A stretch of DNA of 63,441 bases, the filler included, from Chiloscyllium plagiosum (Eukaryota), in the NCBI RefSeq assembly GCF_004010195.1. It is 4 parts of one record of this genome, joined end to end, with 100 filler letters (N's around TTAATTAATTAA, not from the genome) between each part and the next. Parts side by side here need not be neighbours in the genome. Positions count along the whole stretch, not along the records: positions 22,500 to 45,565 come from NC_057712.1; 3 more parts are not named here. One strand, 5' to 3'. Below, in pieces: positions 23,561 through 37,201 of the stretch. The position numbers were made by a program, and so were the translations under genes. How positions within the stretch are numbered: the stretch's first letter is position 1; each line of letters opens with the position of its first letter. The notes beneath the pieces are model-generated. The model was not told the origin of the DNA. It saw only the letters and a program-made list of their open reading frames with translations, and did not search any database.

Positions 23561-25311
23561 CATAGAGTGATAGAGATGTACAGCATGTAAACAGGCCCTT
23601 CAGTCCAACCCGTCCATGCTGACCAGATATCCCAACCCAATCTAGTCCCGTCTGCCAGCACCCGGCCCATATCCCTCCAAATCCTTCCTATTCATATATC
23701 CATCCAAATGCTTTTAAATGTTGCAAATGTACCAGCCTCCACCACATCCTCTGGCAGCTCATTCCATACACGTACCACCTCTGTGTGAAAAAGATGCCCC
23801 TTAGGTCTCTTTCATTTATTTCCCCTCTCACCCCAAACCTATGCCCTCTAGTTCTGGACTCCCCAACCCCAGGGAAAAGACTTTGTCTATTTACCCTGTC
23901 CATGCCCCTCATAATTTTGTAAACCTCTAAAAGGTCATCCCTCAGCCTCCGACGCTCCAGGGAAAACAGCCCCAGCCTGTTCAGCCTCTCCCTATAGCTC
24001 AAATCCTCCAAGCCTGGCAACAGCCTTGTAAATCTTTTCTGAACCCTTTCAAGTTTCACAACATCTTTCTGATGGGAAGGAGACCAGAATTGCACGCAAT
24101 GTTCCAACATGGCCTAACCAATGACCTGTACAGCCGCAACATAACCTCCCAACTCCTGTATTCACTACTCTGACCAATAAAGGTAAGCATACCAAACGCC
24201 TTCTTCACTATACTATCTACCTGTGACTCCACTGTCAAGGAGCTATGAACCTGCACACTTTGTTCAGCAACACTCCCTAGGACCTTACCATTAAGTGTAT
24301 AAGTCCTGCAAAGATTTGCTTTCCCAAAATGCAGCACCTCGCATTTATCTGAACTAAACTCCATCTGCCACTTCTCAGCCCATTGGCCCATCTGATCAAG
24401 ATCCTGTTGTAATCTGAGGTAACCTTCTTCGCTGTCCACCACACCTCCAATTTTGGTGTCATCTACAAATTTATTAACCATAACTCTTATGCTCGTATCC
24501 AAATCATTTATGTAAATGACAAAAAGTACAAGACCCAGCAACGATCCTTGTGGCATTCCACTGGTCACAGGCCTCCAGTCTGAAAAACATCCCTCNNNNN
24601 NNNNNNNNNNNNNNNNNNNNNNNNNNNNNNNNNNNNNNNNNNNNNNNNNNNNNNNNNNNNNNNNNNNNNNNNNNNNNNNNNNNNNNNNNNNNNNNNNNNN
24701 NATCAGTCCTTGCCTTTCCAAATACATGTACATCCTGTCCCTTAGGATTCCCTCCAACAACTTGCCCACCACTGACATCAGGCTGACTGGTCTATAGTTC
24801 CCTGGCTTGTCCTTACCACCCTTCTTAAAAAGTGGCACCACGTTAGCCAATCTTCAGTCTTCCGTCACCTCACATCGATGATACAAATATCTCAGCAAGA
24901 GCCCCAGCAGCTTCCCATAGAGTTCTAGGCTACACCTGATCAGGCCCTGGGATTTATCCACCTTCATGCGTTTCAAGACATTCAGCACTTCCTTCTCTGT
25001 AATATGGACCTTTTTCAAGGTGTAACCATCTATTTCCCTACATTCCATATCTTCCATATCCTTTTCTACAGTAAACACTGATGCAAAGTACTCGTTTAGT
25101 ATCTCCCCCATTTTCTGTGGCTCCACACAAAGGCCACCTTGCTGATGTATGAGGGGTCCTATTCTCTCCCTAGTTACCCATTTGTCCTTAATGTCTTTGT
25201 AAAAATCTTTTGGATTCTCCTTAATTCTACTTGCCAAAGCCATCTCATGTCCCATTTTTGCCCTCCTGATTTCCATCTTAAGTATGCCCCCCCTGCCTTT
25301 ACACTCTTTAC
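23561..25311 (-). mobile_element. CR1 LINE, 5'-truncated ORF2 and 3'UTR (internal gap)
   Basis: ANVVPLFKKGGKDKPGNYRPVSL, YINDLD..KFVDDTK, LEHCVQFWSP; tail at 23561. Confidence 0.95.
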
Positions 25312-25573
25312 TTCTACTGGAGTTTACAGGAATTAAGGATAACATCTTGAATGGTTACAGAAAGGATGTTCCCCTGTGGCATATCTAAACCAGGGGCATT
25401 GCTTAAAAACAGGCACACATTTGGGATAAACCTATGGCACTGAACCTGATATATTCATTACAACATTACAGACATTTTTAACATATGGTATCATACGCAT
25501 TTTCCTACTTTTGATCATTTCAGAACAAAGAAAATGCTCAGCATCTGATCAAGGAAGGCTATGAGTGAAGAAC

Positions 25574-26073
25574 NNNNNNNNNNNNNNNNNNNNNNNNNNN
25601 NNNNNNNNNNNNNNNNNNNNNNNNNNNNNNNNNNNNNNNNNNNNNNNNNNNNNNNNNNNNNNNNNNNNNNNNNNNNNNNNNNNNNNNNNNNNNNNNNNNN
25701 NNNNNNNNNNNNNNNNNNNNNNNNNNNNNNNNNNNNNNNNNNNNNNNNNNNNNNNNNNNNNNNNNNNNNNNNNNNNNNNNNNNNNNNNNNNNNNNNNNNN
25801 NNNNNNNNNNNNNNNNNNNNNNNNNNNNNNNNNNNNNNNNNNNNNNNNNNNNNNNNNNNNNNNNNNNNNNNNNNNNNNNNNNNNNNNNNNNNNNNNNNNN
25901 NNNNNNNNNNNNNNNNNNNNNNNNNNNNNNNNNNNNNNNNNNNNNNNNNNNNNNNNNNNNNNNNNNNNNNNNNNNNNNNNNNNNNNNNNNNNNNNNNNNN
26001 NNNNNNNNNNNNNNNNNNNNNNNNNNNNNNNNNNNNNNNNNNNNNNNNNNNNNNNNNNNNNNNNNNNNNNNNN
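25574..26073. other. Assembly gap (500 N)
   Basis: Run of N. Confidence 1.
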
Positions 26074-26554
26074 ATTTTTGGCAATGTTCTGGGGACATGT
26101 GCTCAAAAATCGCACCTTGGTAGAAGCTGAATTTTAATTTAATAAATATCTGAAATAAAAAGCTAGCTTAATAACAGTTCACATGCACAATTTAAAGTGG
26201 CATATTTCATGCAAGTGCTGCTGTCAGTAAACACAGCCTAAAAACAATCAGCTTGAAGCAATGCAGTCTTGCCAAGGTACTAATGGGTAAAGGACTGCAC
26301 AAAGGGAAACAACAAAGTGTAGTAATTAAATCATTTTCGCAGTTTCCTTAGTTCATGGGACACACAAGCATTTCTGTAACCATTACTGTGAATTCCACAT
26401 AGTGTGTTGTCTGCTTGGTGTCATGGTAAATTATATCACAGGGAGGTTACAGAATATTCTGCAAGAGGAAGAGAGTAATATGGAAATTGTGGTACAATTG
26501 CTGACGAAGGCATAGAGCTGGCAGGTAGTAGGGTCCTATAGTCAGATTTTTCGG

Positions 26555-28480
26555 AACATATGAACATACATATGAATGTATAAAATTATATCAGAGGTAG
26601 GCTATTTGGCTTTTTAAACCAGTTCCAAACTTTCTTAAGATCATGGCTGAGTTACTTGTGCCTTGATTTCCACTTTCATATCCAAATCAAAGACCTTCGA
26701 TTCTCTCCTGAACAAGATTTTGCCTTAAAAATAACGAATGGTCTCTCAGACGCAGTATTCTAAAGTTGTACATCCTTCAGAGAAGAAAATTCTTTTTATC
26801 TCTATCCGCAAAGGGTGACCCTAATATTCAAACAATGTCTCTTAGTTCTACACACATGCACAGGAGGAAAAACCCTTTCCACATACACTTTACTAAGATC
26901 AATTGGATTATACTTCAACCAATACACTGCTTACTTTTCTAAACTTCAGTGGAAACAAGCCCAGTCTGTTCAACTTTTCTTTAAGTTAACCCAAACAATC
27001 CAGGAATCCAGCTTGTAAATGTCCTCTGAACTGCCTTCTTTAAATAAAGAGACTGAAACTGCATTTGAGATGTGGTGTCATCAATGCCCTACATAACTGA
27101 AGCATAACATTCTTACTATTGAAGAAGTTCGGAAGAAGGATCACTGAACATAAAATGTTAACTCTGATTCCTCCCCACAAATGCTGCAGACCTGCTGAGC
27201 TTTTCCAACAATTTCTGTTTTTGTCTCTGATTTCCAGCATCCACAATTCTTCTGGCTTTTTTATTCTTTTATGTTCAATTTCTCTTGTAATAGAGGTCAG
27301 TAATCCATTAAACCTTCTTAACGACTAACTATACCCGCATTCCAACTTTTGTGCACTAAAATATCTAGATATCTATGCTCCTCAGAATTTTGTCATGTTT
27401 TCCATTTAATAATACATTCCTTTGTTATTCTTTCTGCAAACGTGAACAATTTTACATTTTTCCACATTATCGTCAACCTCCCAGAGTTTTGCCTGTTCAC
27501 TCAACTTAGCCGTATCTGGTTGCATCTTCATGTCCTCTTCACAATATACTTTCCTACAAATCATCTGCAAATTTAGCTAAACCATCTTCATTCCGCTCAT
27601 CTAAGTCATTGATATAAATTGTAGAAGTCCCAGCATAGACCTCCGCGGACTCCAGTTGTTATATCGTGCCCATCAGATAAAGACCCATTTATGCTTACTC
27701 TGTTTACTGCCAATCTTCTATCCATGTTACTATGTGTTACCTCTGTACCACGAGCTCCTTCAATATGACAATAAGCTTTGATGTGGCACTTTGTCAAATG
27801 TCTTCTGGAAATTTAGGTAATCCAATTTAAGGCTGAGATGGATAGCTTCTTGATCAATAGAGAAATACGGGTTCTGGGGAAAGGGCAGGCAAGTGGACGT
27901 AAGGAATGTCAGATCAACCATGATTCTATGGAACAACAGCAGGCGTGAGGGAACAAACAGCCTACTCCTGTTCTTATTTCTGATGTCTGGAGGCACCATT
28001 TTAAGCACAGCTCGTGTTACACTATTGAAGAACTCCAGTAAATTAGTTAAACATGATTGACCATTCTCAAAACCATGCTGACTCTTCCTATATGCCCTAT
28101 ATTTTCTTAAGTGACCGGCTATAACCTCTGTGATGATCAATTCTAACACCTTCCATACAATTCTCATCAAGTTAGCTGGCCTGTAGTTTCTTGGCCACCT
28201 GCCCTTTTAGAAAAGAGGGATTAAATTTGCTGCTTCCCAGTCTGATGGAACCTTTCCAGAATCAAGCAAATGGAAGAAAAGTAAAACCAACATGTCTTTT
28301 ACCTCAAACACAAACAGAAACTTGCTTGAAATACTCAGCAGGACTCGCAGCATCTGTGCAGAGAAAATGGAGTTAACATTTTGAATCCAGTGACATCTTT
28401 TAAGATCCTAGGTTGAAGTTCATGAATACATGTGGACTTGTCAGCCACAACTATATCAGTTTTGCTCATTGCCGGTTTGC
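26555..28480 (-). mobile_element. Old CR1 LINE remnant with nested pLTRs and a CR1 tail (27825-27985, +)
   Basis: SQHGFENGQSCLTNLLEFF, YLNFQKTFDKVPHQ; (TATGTTCA)n-type tail at ~26555. Confidence 0.75.
27127..27262 (+). mobile_element. Penelope-like pLTR (family 3)
   Basis: GTTCGGAAGAAGGATCACTGAAC..AAATGTTAACTCTG..TGCTGCAGACCTGCTGAGCTTTTCC. Confidence 0.65.
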
Positions 28481-28554
28481 TAGTGATTGTAATTTCACCA
28501 AGCTCCGCTTGATTTACAGCTAGTGGAATACTGTAATGTTTTCTGTATCCATAA

Positions 28555-31500
28555 TCCAAAATGGAGGACGGGAAAAATTTCAGGCTATAACAGTTGTTCC
28601 TTTTTTGAGGTGTTTTAGGTGTTGGCGGTGATTTCGTCAAATTCTAGGAGCAGCAATTAGTGTTTTATATGCTGTTGCGTTGTTTTGGAACTTTGGCGAA
28701 AAGAAGTCAAAACAACAGCAGTTTTAAAAGGGAGAAGAACAGTCAAAGTAAGTGCATGGTGAGATCAGTGCAGGAGAGAGAGAGAGAAAAAGAAACCCAC
28801 ATTGCTAACTAACAGAGTTAGCAGTTACTGCCTTTACTGTTGAATTCATGTATCGCTGGACATGGGAGTGCATCTGGGAAAATTAACAAACAGTGAAATT
28901 CACAACTGATCTTGGAGGAACCTGTTGGGAGAGGTCACAGCACAGAAACAGATAAGTGGATGTTTTAAGCACGGGCCTTAAATAAGTGAGTAGGGAGGGT
29001 TCTTTCCTGATTATATGTTTTATTGAGCTATGTCTCTTGATTAAACTTAAAACATAAGCCATAAGTATTAATTTAAACCTGGAGCAGTGTTTTGTTGAGG
29101 AACAAGACTGTGCTGTTTTCTGGGTCTGTAAATTGAAAAAAGCAAAAATGGCCTTTCGTAGGGTGATATGCTCTTCTTGTCGGATGTCGGAGGTTAGGGA
29201 GGGTTTACAGGTTACTGAGGATTATATCTGCAATAAGTGCCATTGGTTGCGAATCCTATCAGATCAAATTGATCGGTTGAAGAGGCAATGAGGAATTTAT
29301 AAGAGCAAGGGGATGTGATGGATGGCAGTTATAGGAAGGGGCAAAAGTCTCGGATACAGTCACATATAGATGGGTTAACTCCAGGAAAGGTAAGAGAGAT
29401 AGACAGAATGTGCAGGAGTCTTCTGTGGTTATCCCCATTTCAAACAAGTATGCTGTTTTGGAAAATGTAGGGGGTGATGTTTTCTCAGGGGAACATAGCA
29501 CAAACCGCCAGGTTTCTGATATTGAGACTGGCTCTAATTTAATGAGAGGTACGTCAGGTTCCAAGCAATCGATTGTCTTAGGGGACTCTCTAGTCCGAGG
29601 CATAGACAGACGTTTCTGTGGCCAACAGTGAAAAATCAGAATGGCGTGTTGCTTCCCTGGTGCCAGGATCAAAAATGTCTCAGAGAGGGTATAGAATGTT
29701 CTCAAAGAGGAGAAGGGCCAGCAGGAGGTACACATTGGAACCAATGACATAGGAAGGGAAAAGGTTGAGATTCTGAAGGGAGATTACAGAGAGTTAGGCA
29801 GGAATTTAAAAAGGAGGTCCTCAAGAGTAGTAATATCTGGATTACTCCCGGTGCTCCGAGCTAGTGAGGGCAGGAATTGGAGGATTGAGCAGATGAGTGC
29901 ATGGCTGAGGAGCTGGTGCATGGAAGAAGGATTCACATTTTTGGATCATTGGAATCTCTTTTGGGGTATAAGTTACCTGTACCAGAAGGACGGATTGCAC
30001 CTAAATTGGAACTGGACTAATAAAATGGCAGGGAGATTTGCTAGAGCTGCTTGGGAGGATTTAAACGATTAAGGTGTGTGTGTGTGTGTGTGTGGGGGGG
30101 GGGGGGGAGGGAGATACTGAGGAAAGATTTCAATCTGAGACTGGTACAGTTCAGAACAAAGGTGAGTCAAACAGTCAGGGACAAAGCAGAGAACAAGGTA
30201 GGACTGATAAATTAAACTGCATTTATTTCAATGCAGGAGGCCTAACAGGAAAGGCAGATGAACTCAGGGCATGGTTAGGAACATGGGACTGGGATATCAT
30301 AGCAATTACAGAAACATAGCTCAGGGATGGACGGGACAGGCAGCTTAATGTTTCAGGTTACAAATGCTACAGGAAGGATAGAATGGGAGGCAACAGAGGA
30401 GGGGGAGTGGCGTTTTTGATAAGGGATAGCATTACAGCTATACTGAGGGAGGATATTCCCTGAAATACATCCGGGAAATTATTTGGGTGGAACTGAGAAA
30501 TAAGAAAATTGAGAAACAAATTTGTAAGGAGATCTCAGTTATGTGTAACAATAATAGGATGGTTATGGTAGGGGATTTCCAAACATAAACTGGGACTGTC
30601 ATAGTGTTAAAGATTTAGATGGAGAGGAATTTGTTAAGTATGCACAATAAAATTTTCTGATTCAGTATGTGGATGTACCTACTAGAGAAGGTACAAAACT
30701 TGACCTACTCTTAGGAAATAAGGCAGGGCAAGTGATTGAAGTGTCAGTGGGGGAGCACTTTGGGGCCAGCGACCATAATTCTATTAGATTTAAAATAATG
30801 ATGGAAAAGGATAGACCAGATCTAAAACTTGAAGTTCTAAATTGGAGGAAGGCTAATTTTGATGGTATTAGGCAAGAACTTTCAAAGGCTGATTGGGGGC
30901 AGATGTTCGCAGGTAAAGGAATGGCTGGAAAATGGGACGCCTTTAGAAATGAGATAACAAGAGTCCAAAGAAAGTATATTCCTGTTAGGGTGAAAGGGAA
31001 GGCTGGTAGGTATAGGGAATGCTGGATGACTAAAGAATTTGAGGTTTTGGTTAAGAAAAAGAAGGAAGCATATGAAAGGTATAGACAGGAATGGCTGGAA
31101 AAGGTATAGACAGGAAAAGGTATAGACAGGAATGGCTGGAAAAGGTATAGACAGGAAAAGGTATAGACAGGAAAAGGTATAGACAGGAATGGCTGGAAAA
31201 TGGGAAGCCTTTAGAAATGAGATAACAAGAGTCCAAAGAAAGTATATTCCTGTTAGGGTGAAAGGGAAGGCTGGTAGGTATAGGGAATGCTGGATGACTA
31301 AAGAATTTGAGGTTTTGGTTAAGAAAAAGAAGGAAGCATATGAAAGGTATAGACAAGATAGATCGAGCGAATCCTTAGAAGAGTATAAAGGTAGTAGGAA
31401 TATACTTAATTGAGAGATCAGGAGGGCAAAAAGGGGACGTGAGATTGCTTTAGCAAACAGATTTAAGGAGAATCCAAACAGTTTTTACAAATACATTAAG

Positions 31501-32688
31501 GACAAAATGGTAACTAGGGAGAGAATAGGGCCCCTCGAAGATCAGCAAGGCAGCCTTTGTGTGGAGCCGTAGGAGATGGGGGAGATACTAAACAAGTATT
31601 TTGCATCAGTATTTACTGTGGAAAAGGACATGGAAGATATAGACTGTAGGGAAATAGATGGTGACATCTTAAAAAATGTCCATATTACAGAGGAGGAAGT
31701 GCTGGATGTCTTGAAACGCATAAAAGTGGATAAATCCCCAGGACCTGATCAGGTGTACCCTAGAACTCTGTGGGAAGCTAGGGAAGTGATTGCTGGGCCT
31801 CTTACTATGATATTTGAATCATCGATATTCACAGGTGAGGTGCCAGATGACTGGGGGTTGACTAACGTGGTGCCACTGTTTAAGAAAGGAGGTAAGGACA
31901 AGCCAGGGAACTATAGACCATTGAGCCTGATGTCGGTGGTGGGCAAGTTGTTGGAGGGAATCCTGAGGGACAGGATGTACATGTACGTGGAAAGTCAACG
32001 AATGATTAGGGATAGTCAACATGGCTTTGTGCATGGGAAATCATGTCTCACAAACTTAATTAAGTTTTTTGATGAAGTAACAAAGAGGATCGATGAGGGC
32101 AGAACGATGGACGTGATCTATATGGACTTCAGTAAGGCATTTGACAAGGTTCCCCATGGGAGACTGGTTAGCAAGGTTAGATCTCATGGAATACAATGAG
32201 AACTAGCCATTTGGATACACAACTGACTTAAAGGTAGAAGACAGAGGGTGGTGGTGGAGGGTTGTTTTTAAGACTGGAGGCCTGTGACTAATGAAGTGCC
32301 ACAAGGATCTGTGCTGGGCCCTGTACTTTTTGTCATTTACATAAATGATTTGGATGCGAGCATAAGAGGTACAGTTAGTAAGTTTGCAGATAACACCAAA
32401 ATTGGAGGTGTAGTGGACAGCGAAGAAGGTTGTCTCAGATTACAATGGGATCTTGATCAGATGGCTCAATGGGCTGCCAACAGGCAGATGGAGTTTAATT
32501 TAGATAAATGTGAGGTGCTGCATTTTGGAAAAGCAAATCAGAGCAGAACATGCTGGAGCTGTTTTCCCTGGAGCGTCGGAGGCTGAGGGGTGACCTTATA
32601 GGGGTTTACAAAATTATGAGGGGCATGGATAGGGTAAATAGACAAAGTCTTTTCCCTGGGGTCAGGGAGTCCAGAACTAGAGGACATA
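28555..32688 (+). mobile_element. Near-full-length CR1 LINE pseudo-element: 5'UTR, ORF1 (29148-~30066), ORF2 APE+RT (~30210-32688); internal deletion near 32549; 3' end missing
   Basis: ORF1 CSSC..CNKC plus GDSLVRG esterase; EN motifs CIYFNA, DIIAITET, SDH; RT motifs NYRPLSL, QHGF, YMDFSKAFDKV, YINDLD, FADNTK; multiple stops. Confidence 0.95.
30917..31355 (+). repeat. Internal ~170-bp tandem duplication with an amplified junction array
   Basis: AGGAATGGCTGGAAAATGGG..GAAAGGTATAGAC occurs twice, separated by mixed AAAAGGTATAGACAGG(AATGGCTGG) units at ~31075-31200. Confidence 0.9.
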
Positions 32689-32707
32689 ATGAGTAGTAAT
32701 TACCTGG

Positions 32708-32895
32708 AGGGGTTCGGTTAGCTCAGTGGCTGAATGGCTGATTTGTGATACAGAGTGATATCAAAAATGAGAGCTCAATTCCTGGACCAGCTAATGTTAT
32801 CGTGAAGGAGTCTCCTTCTCAACCTCTCTCCTCCCCTAAGGCTTTGTGGCAGTCAGGTTAAACCATTTGTCGCCTCTCTCTAATAATGGTCTGCT
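32708..32895 (+). mobile_element. tRNA-derived SINE (second family); related body at 40141-40260
   Basis: GGTTAGCTCAGTGG A box, GCTCAATTCC B-box-like, CCTTCTCAACCT..CAGGTTAAAC body. Confidence 0.6.
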
Positions 32896-32899
32896 AGCA

Positions 32900-33247
32900 T
32901 TAGGAGATCAGAGAATATAGGGGCAGAAATATGCCATTTAGCCCATCAAATTTGACCATGGCTGATGTATTTGTAAACCCCATTCTCCTGCCTTCTGTCC
33001 ATAATCCTTAATGCCCTTGCTAGTCAAGGACCTATCTATCTCTGTCTAAAATATACTCAATGACTTGGCCTCCACAGACTTTTGTGGCAATGAATTCCAT
33101 TGATTAACCACCACCTGGCTGAACAAATTTCTCCTCATCTCAGTTCTAAAGGGTTGTCCCTTCACTCTGAGACTATGCCTTTGGGTCTTAGGCTCTCCTA
33201 GTAGTGGAAACATCTTCTCCCCTTTCACTCTATCCAGGCCATATTCT
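32900..33247 (-). mobile_element. CR1 3' end (older subfamily)
   Basis: GLDRVKGEKMFPL..HSLRVKGQPFRTEMRRNLFSQ..WNSLPQ. Confidence 0.85.
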
Positions 33248-33537
33248 ATGGCAATTTTACCTTTAATTACCTGGAACATGTAGAATTATGTGGATGGTGG
33301 AAGCAGAGATGCCATATGATTTCAAAAGAAAATTGGATGGACACATGAACTTGCAGGGCTACAGGGACAGAGCAGGGACTGTAACAAATTGGTTTGTTCC
33401 AAACAGTCAGCACGAACTCTGTGGGTTGAATGTTGGTGCTACAGTGCAATAATGACTCTAAAGCAAAGATTTCTTTTTTTTTTTAACTTGGCTGTATTAT
33501 TCGTAAATAAAACACTCCTTAATTATTGTCACAAAAC

Positions 33538-33672
33538 TATATGAATAGGAAGAGTTTGGAGGGAAATGGGCCAGGTGCTGGCAAGTGGGACTAGATTGGG
33601 TTGGGATATCTGGTTGGCTTGGACGGGTTGGACCGAAGGGTCTGTTTCCATGCTGGACATCTCTATGACGCT
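33538..33672 (+). mobile_element. CR1 3'UTR fragment
   Basis: Near-identical to 23097-23230. Confidence 0.85.
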
Positions 33673-33998
33673 ATTATTGTTGCCAAATGGTTGGGGCCAT
33701 AGATTCAAATCCCTTCATGGCTGCTGGTGAAATCTGAATTCAATTGATAATAATCCAAATCGAAAGTTACTCTCAATTTACAAATGTCAATAAGACTATC
33801 ACCAATTGATGTAAAAACCCATCTGGTTCATTAACATCCGCTCGGGAAGAAAGTCTGCTGTCCCCTTTCCTGGTCTGATCGACGCGTGACCCCACAGCAA
33901 CATAGATGACTATTAATTGCTCTCTGAAATGACTGAGGAAGTCACTCACTTCAAGAACAGTTTCAGGAATGGGAAACAAATGCTGGCCTTGCCAAAAA
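33672..33998 (+). mobile_element. SINE related to family B LINE ends
   Basis: B-box-like GATTCAAATCC, body CCCATCTGGTTCA..CCCACAGCAA, tail GGGAAACAAATGCTGGCC. Confidence 0.65.
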
Positions 33999-34656
33999 AA
34001 GTATTCCATGAAAAAAGTTACAAAAAATTTCAGTATAGAAGTACATTGGCAAGACCACATTCACAGAGATACTGAAGTTCACATCAATGAGATGAATTGT
34101 TAAATATTGTAATTCTATATCAGATATCCTAAATAGCCCAGAAGTAGTTGTAATCAGAAACCAGTTCCCATCAATCACAACATGTATAATTTTAAGAAGT
34201 GTCACTGTTTATCTGCTTTGTTAATAATTATGGAAAACATATTTGTACTTGCTAGCAAAAGAAATATCAGTAGGCAGAGAATTTTTTTTATTATAAAGAA
34301 AATGGCATGAGCTGAAATAAAATATATGAACAAATAGATTGATCAGTATGTTAAAAAGGAAGATATGTATTAGGATGGCTTTTCATCAGAAGTGTATAAC
34401 TTGCATGCTGCGGGTACATTTTGATGTTTTGATTAAAATCATGGTGCATGAATGAAGACTACTTTTGGATGCTTAACCATGTTTCTTACCATCAGTGGTC
34501 TATTACCATACAAGGGTCATGCTGGCATAGTTTGAATATAGAAATGCATCTTGGTTAAATTAGAGGATTACATTTCACAGGAGACATGATTGATGGATAA
34601 CTCTTTATAACTAAAATGTGCATATATTACATACTTTAATTGACATGTTTTGGACT

Positions 34657-37201
34657 TAGTCATAGAGTCACAGAGATGTACACCATGGAAACAGGCCCTT
34701 CGGTCCAACTTGTCCATGCCGACCAGATATCCCAATGCAATCTAGTCCCACCTGCCAGCACCTGGCCCATATCGGTCCAAACCCTTCCTATTCATATATA
34801 CATCCATATGCCTTTTAAATGTTGCAATTGTACCAGCCTCCACCACTTCCTCTGGCAGCTTATTCCATATACATACCACCTTCTGAGTGAAAACGTTGCC
34901 CCTTAGGTCTCTTTTATATCTTTCCCCTCTCACCCTAAACCTATGCCCTCTAGTTCTGGACTTCCCCACCTCTGGGAAAAGACTTTGTCTATTTATGTTA
35001 TCCAAGCACCTACGATTTTATAAACCTCTATAAGGCCACCCCTCAGGTTCAGACGCTCCAGGGAAAGCAGCCCTAGCCTGTTCAGCCTTTCCCTATAGCT
35101 CAAATCCTGGATCAGAGTGGTGCTGGAAAAGCACAGCAGTTCAGGCAGCAATCAAGGAGTAGGAAAATTGATGTTTTGGGCAAAAGCCCTTCATCAGGAA
35201 TAGAGGCAGAGAGCCTGAAAGGTGGAGAGATAAATGAGAGGAATGGGTGAGTGGGGGTGGGGATGAAGATGATAGGTCAGGGAGAAGGGTGGAGTGGATA
35301 GGTGGAAAAGAATATAGGCATGTAGGACAAGTCATGGGGACAGTACTGAGCTGGAAGTTTGGAACTGGGGTGAGGTGGGAGAAGGGGAAATGAGGAAACA
35401 TTGATGCCCTGGGGTTGAAGTGTTCCGAGGCGGAAGATGAGGCGTTCTTCCTCCAGGTGTCGGGTGGTGAGGGAGCAGCGGTGAAGGTGTCCTCAGCAGA
35501 GTGGGAGGGGGAGTTGAAATGTTGGGCCACAGGGCTGTGTGGTTGATTGGTGCGGGTGTCCCGGAGATGTTCCCTAAAGCGCTCTGCTAGGAGGCATCCA
35601 GTCTCCCCAATATAGAGACCACCACATCGGTAGCAACGGATACAATAAATGATATTGGTGGATGTGCAGGTAAAACTTTGATGGATGTGGAAGGCTTCTT
35701 TGGGGCTTTGGATGGAGGTGAGGGAGGAGGTGTGGGCGCAGGTTTTGCAATTCCTGCGGTGGCAGGGGAAGGTGCCAGGATGGGAGGATGGATTGTTGGG
35801 GGGTGTGGACTTGACTAGGTAGTCATGGAGGGAATGGTCTTTGCGGAAGGCGGAAAGGGGTGCGGAGGTAAATATATCCCTGGTGTAGGGTCCGTTTGGA
35901 GGTGGCGGAAATGTCATCGGATGATTTGGTTTATGCGAAGGTTGGTGGGGTGGAAGGTGAGCACCAGGGGGGCTCTGTCCTTGTTACGGTCGGAGGGGTG
36001 GGGTCTGAGGGCGGAGGTGCGGGATGTGGACGAGATGTGTTGGAGGGCATCTTTAACCACATGGGGAGAGAAATTGCCGTCTCTAAAGATGGATGCCATC
36101 TGGTGTGTTCTGTGGTGGGACTGGTCCTCCTGGGAGCAGATACTGCGAAGGCAGAGGAATTGGGAATACGGGATGGCATTTTTGCAGGAGGTTCGGTGGG
36201 AACAGGTGTAATCCAGGTAGCTGTGGGAGTGGGTGGGTCTGTAAAAAATGTTAGTGTCAAGTCGGTCGTCATGAATGGAGATGGAGAGATCCAGGAAGGG
36301 GAGGGAGGTGTCAGAGATGGTCCAGGTAAATTTAAGGTCAGGGTGAAATGTGTTGGTGAAGTTGATGAATTGCTCAACCTCCTCATGGGAGCACGAGATG
36401 GTGCCAATGCAGTCATCAATGTAGTGAAGGAAGAGGTGGGGAGTGGTGCCGATGTAACTACGGGAGATGGACTGTTCTACGTAGCCAACAAAGAGACAGA
36501 CAGCTGGGGCCCATATGGGTGCCCATGGCTACCCCTTTGGTCTGGAGGAAGTGGGAGGATTCAAAAGAGAAATTGTTGAGGGAGAGGACTAGTTCAGCCA
36601 AACGAATGAGTGTGTCAGTGGAAGGGTACTGTTGGAGACGTCGGGAGAGGAAGAAACAGAGGGCTTGGAGGCCCTGGTTATGGCGGATGGAGGTTTAGAA
36701 GGATTTAATAACCATGGTGAAGATGAGGCGTTGAAGGCCGGGGAAACTGAAGTCTTGGAGGAGGTGGAGGGCATGGGTGGTGTCTCGAACCTATGTGGGG
36801 AGTTCCTGGACTAGGGGGATAGAACAGTGTCAAGGTAGGTAGAGATAAGTTCAGTGGGACAGGAGCATGCTGAGACAATGGGTCGTCACCTCGTGCCCCC
36901 ATGAGGAGATTGAGTAATTCATCAACTTCACCAACACATTTCACCCTGACCTTAAATTAACCTGGACCATCTCCAACACCTCCTCCCCTTCCTGGACCTT
37001 TGCCCGAAACGTCGATTTTCCTGCTCCTCGGATGCTGCCTGAACTGCTGTGCTTTTCCAGCACCACTCTAATCTAGAATCTGGTTTCCAGCATCTGCAGT
37101 CCTTGTTTTTACCTATAGCTCAAATCCTCCAACCCTGGCAACATCCTTGTAAATCCTTCCCGATTCCTTTCAACTTTCACAACATCTTTCCGATAGGAAG
37201 A
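34657..37201 (-). mobile_element. CR1 3' fragment split by a Penelope insertion (34657-35108, 37112-37201)
   Basis: CR1 sequence resumes exactly after the duplicated CCTATAGCTCAAATCCT. Confidence 0.9.
35109..37111 (-). mobile_element. Penelope-like element (Neptune-type): partial RT, Cys-rich linker, GIY-YIG endonuclease, inverted pLTRs
   Basis: GVAMGTHMGP, HYIDDCIG, FLDLSI; FPCHRRNCKTC; NIIYCIRCYRCGGLYIGETG..ERFREH; TSD 35092-35108/37112-37128; frameshifts and stops present. Confidence 0.95.

Noticed and set aside
31075..31200. Short repeat array as a possible CRISPR-like locus
   Set aside because: No unique spacers; the units derive from the flanking CR1 sequence; eukaryotic context.
35825..36579. 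Plus-strand ORFs of 128 and 227 aa
   Set aside because: Antisense shadows of the Penelope RT.
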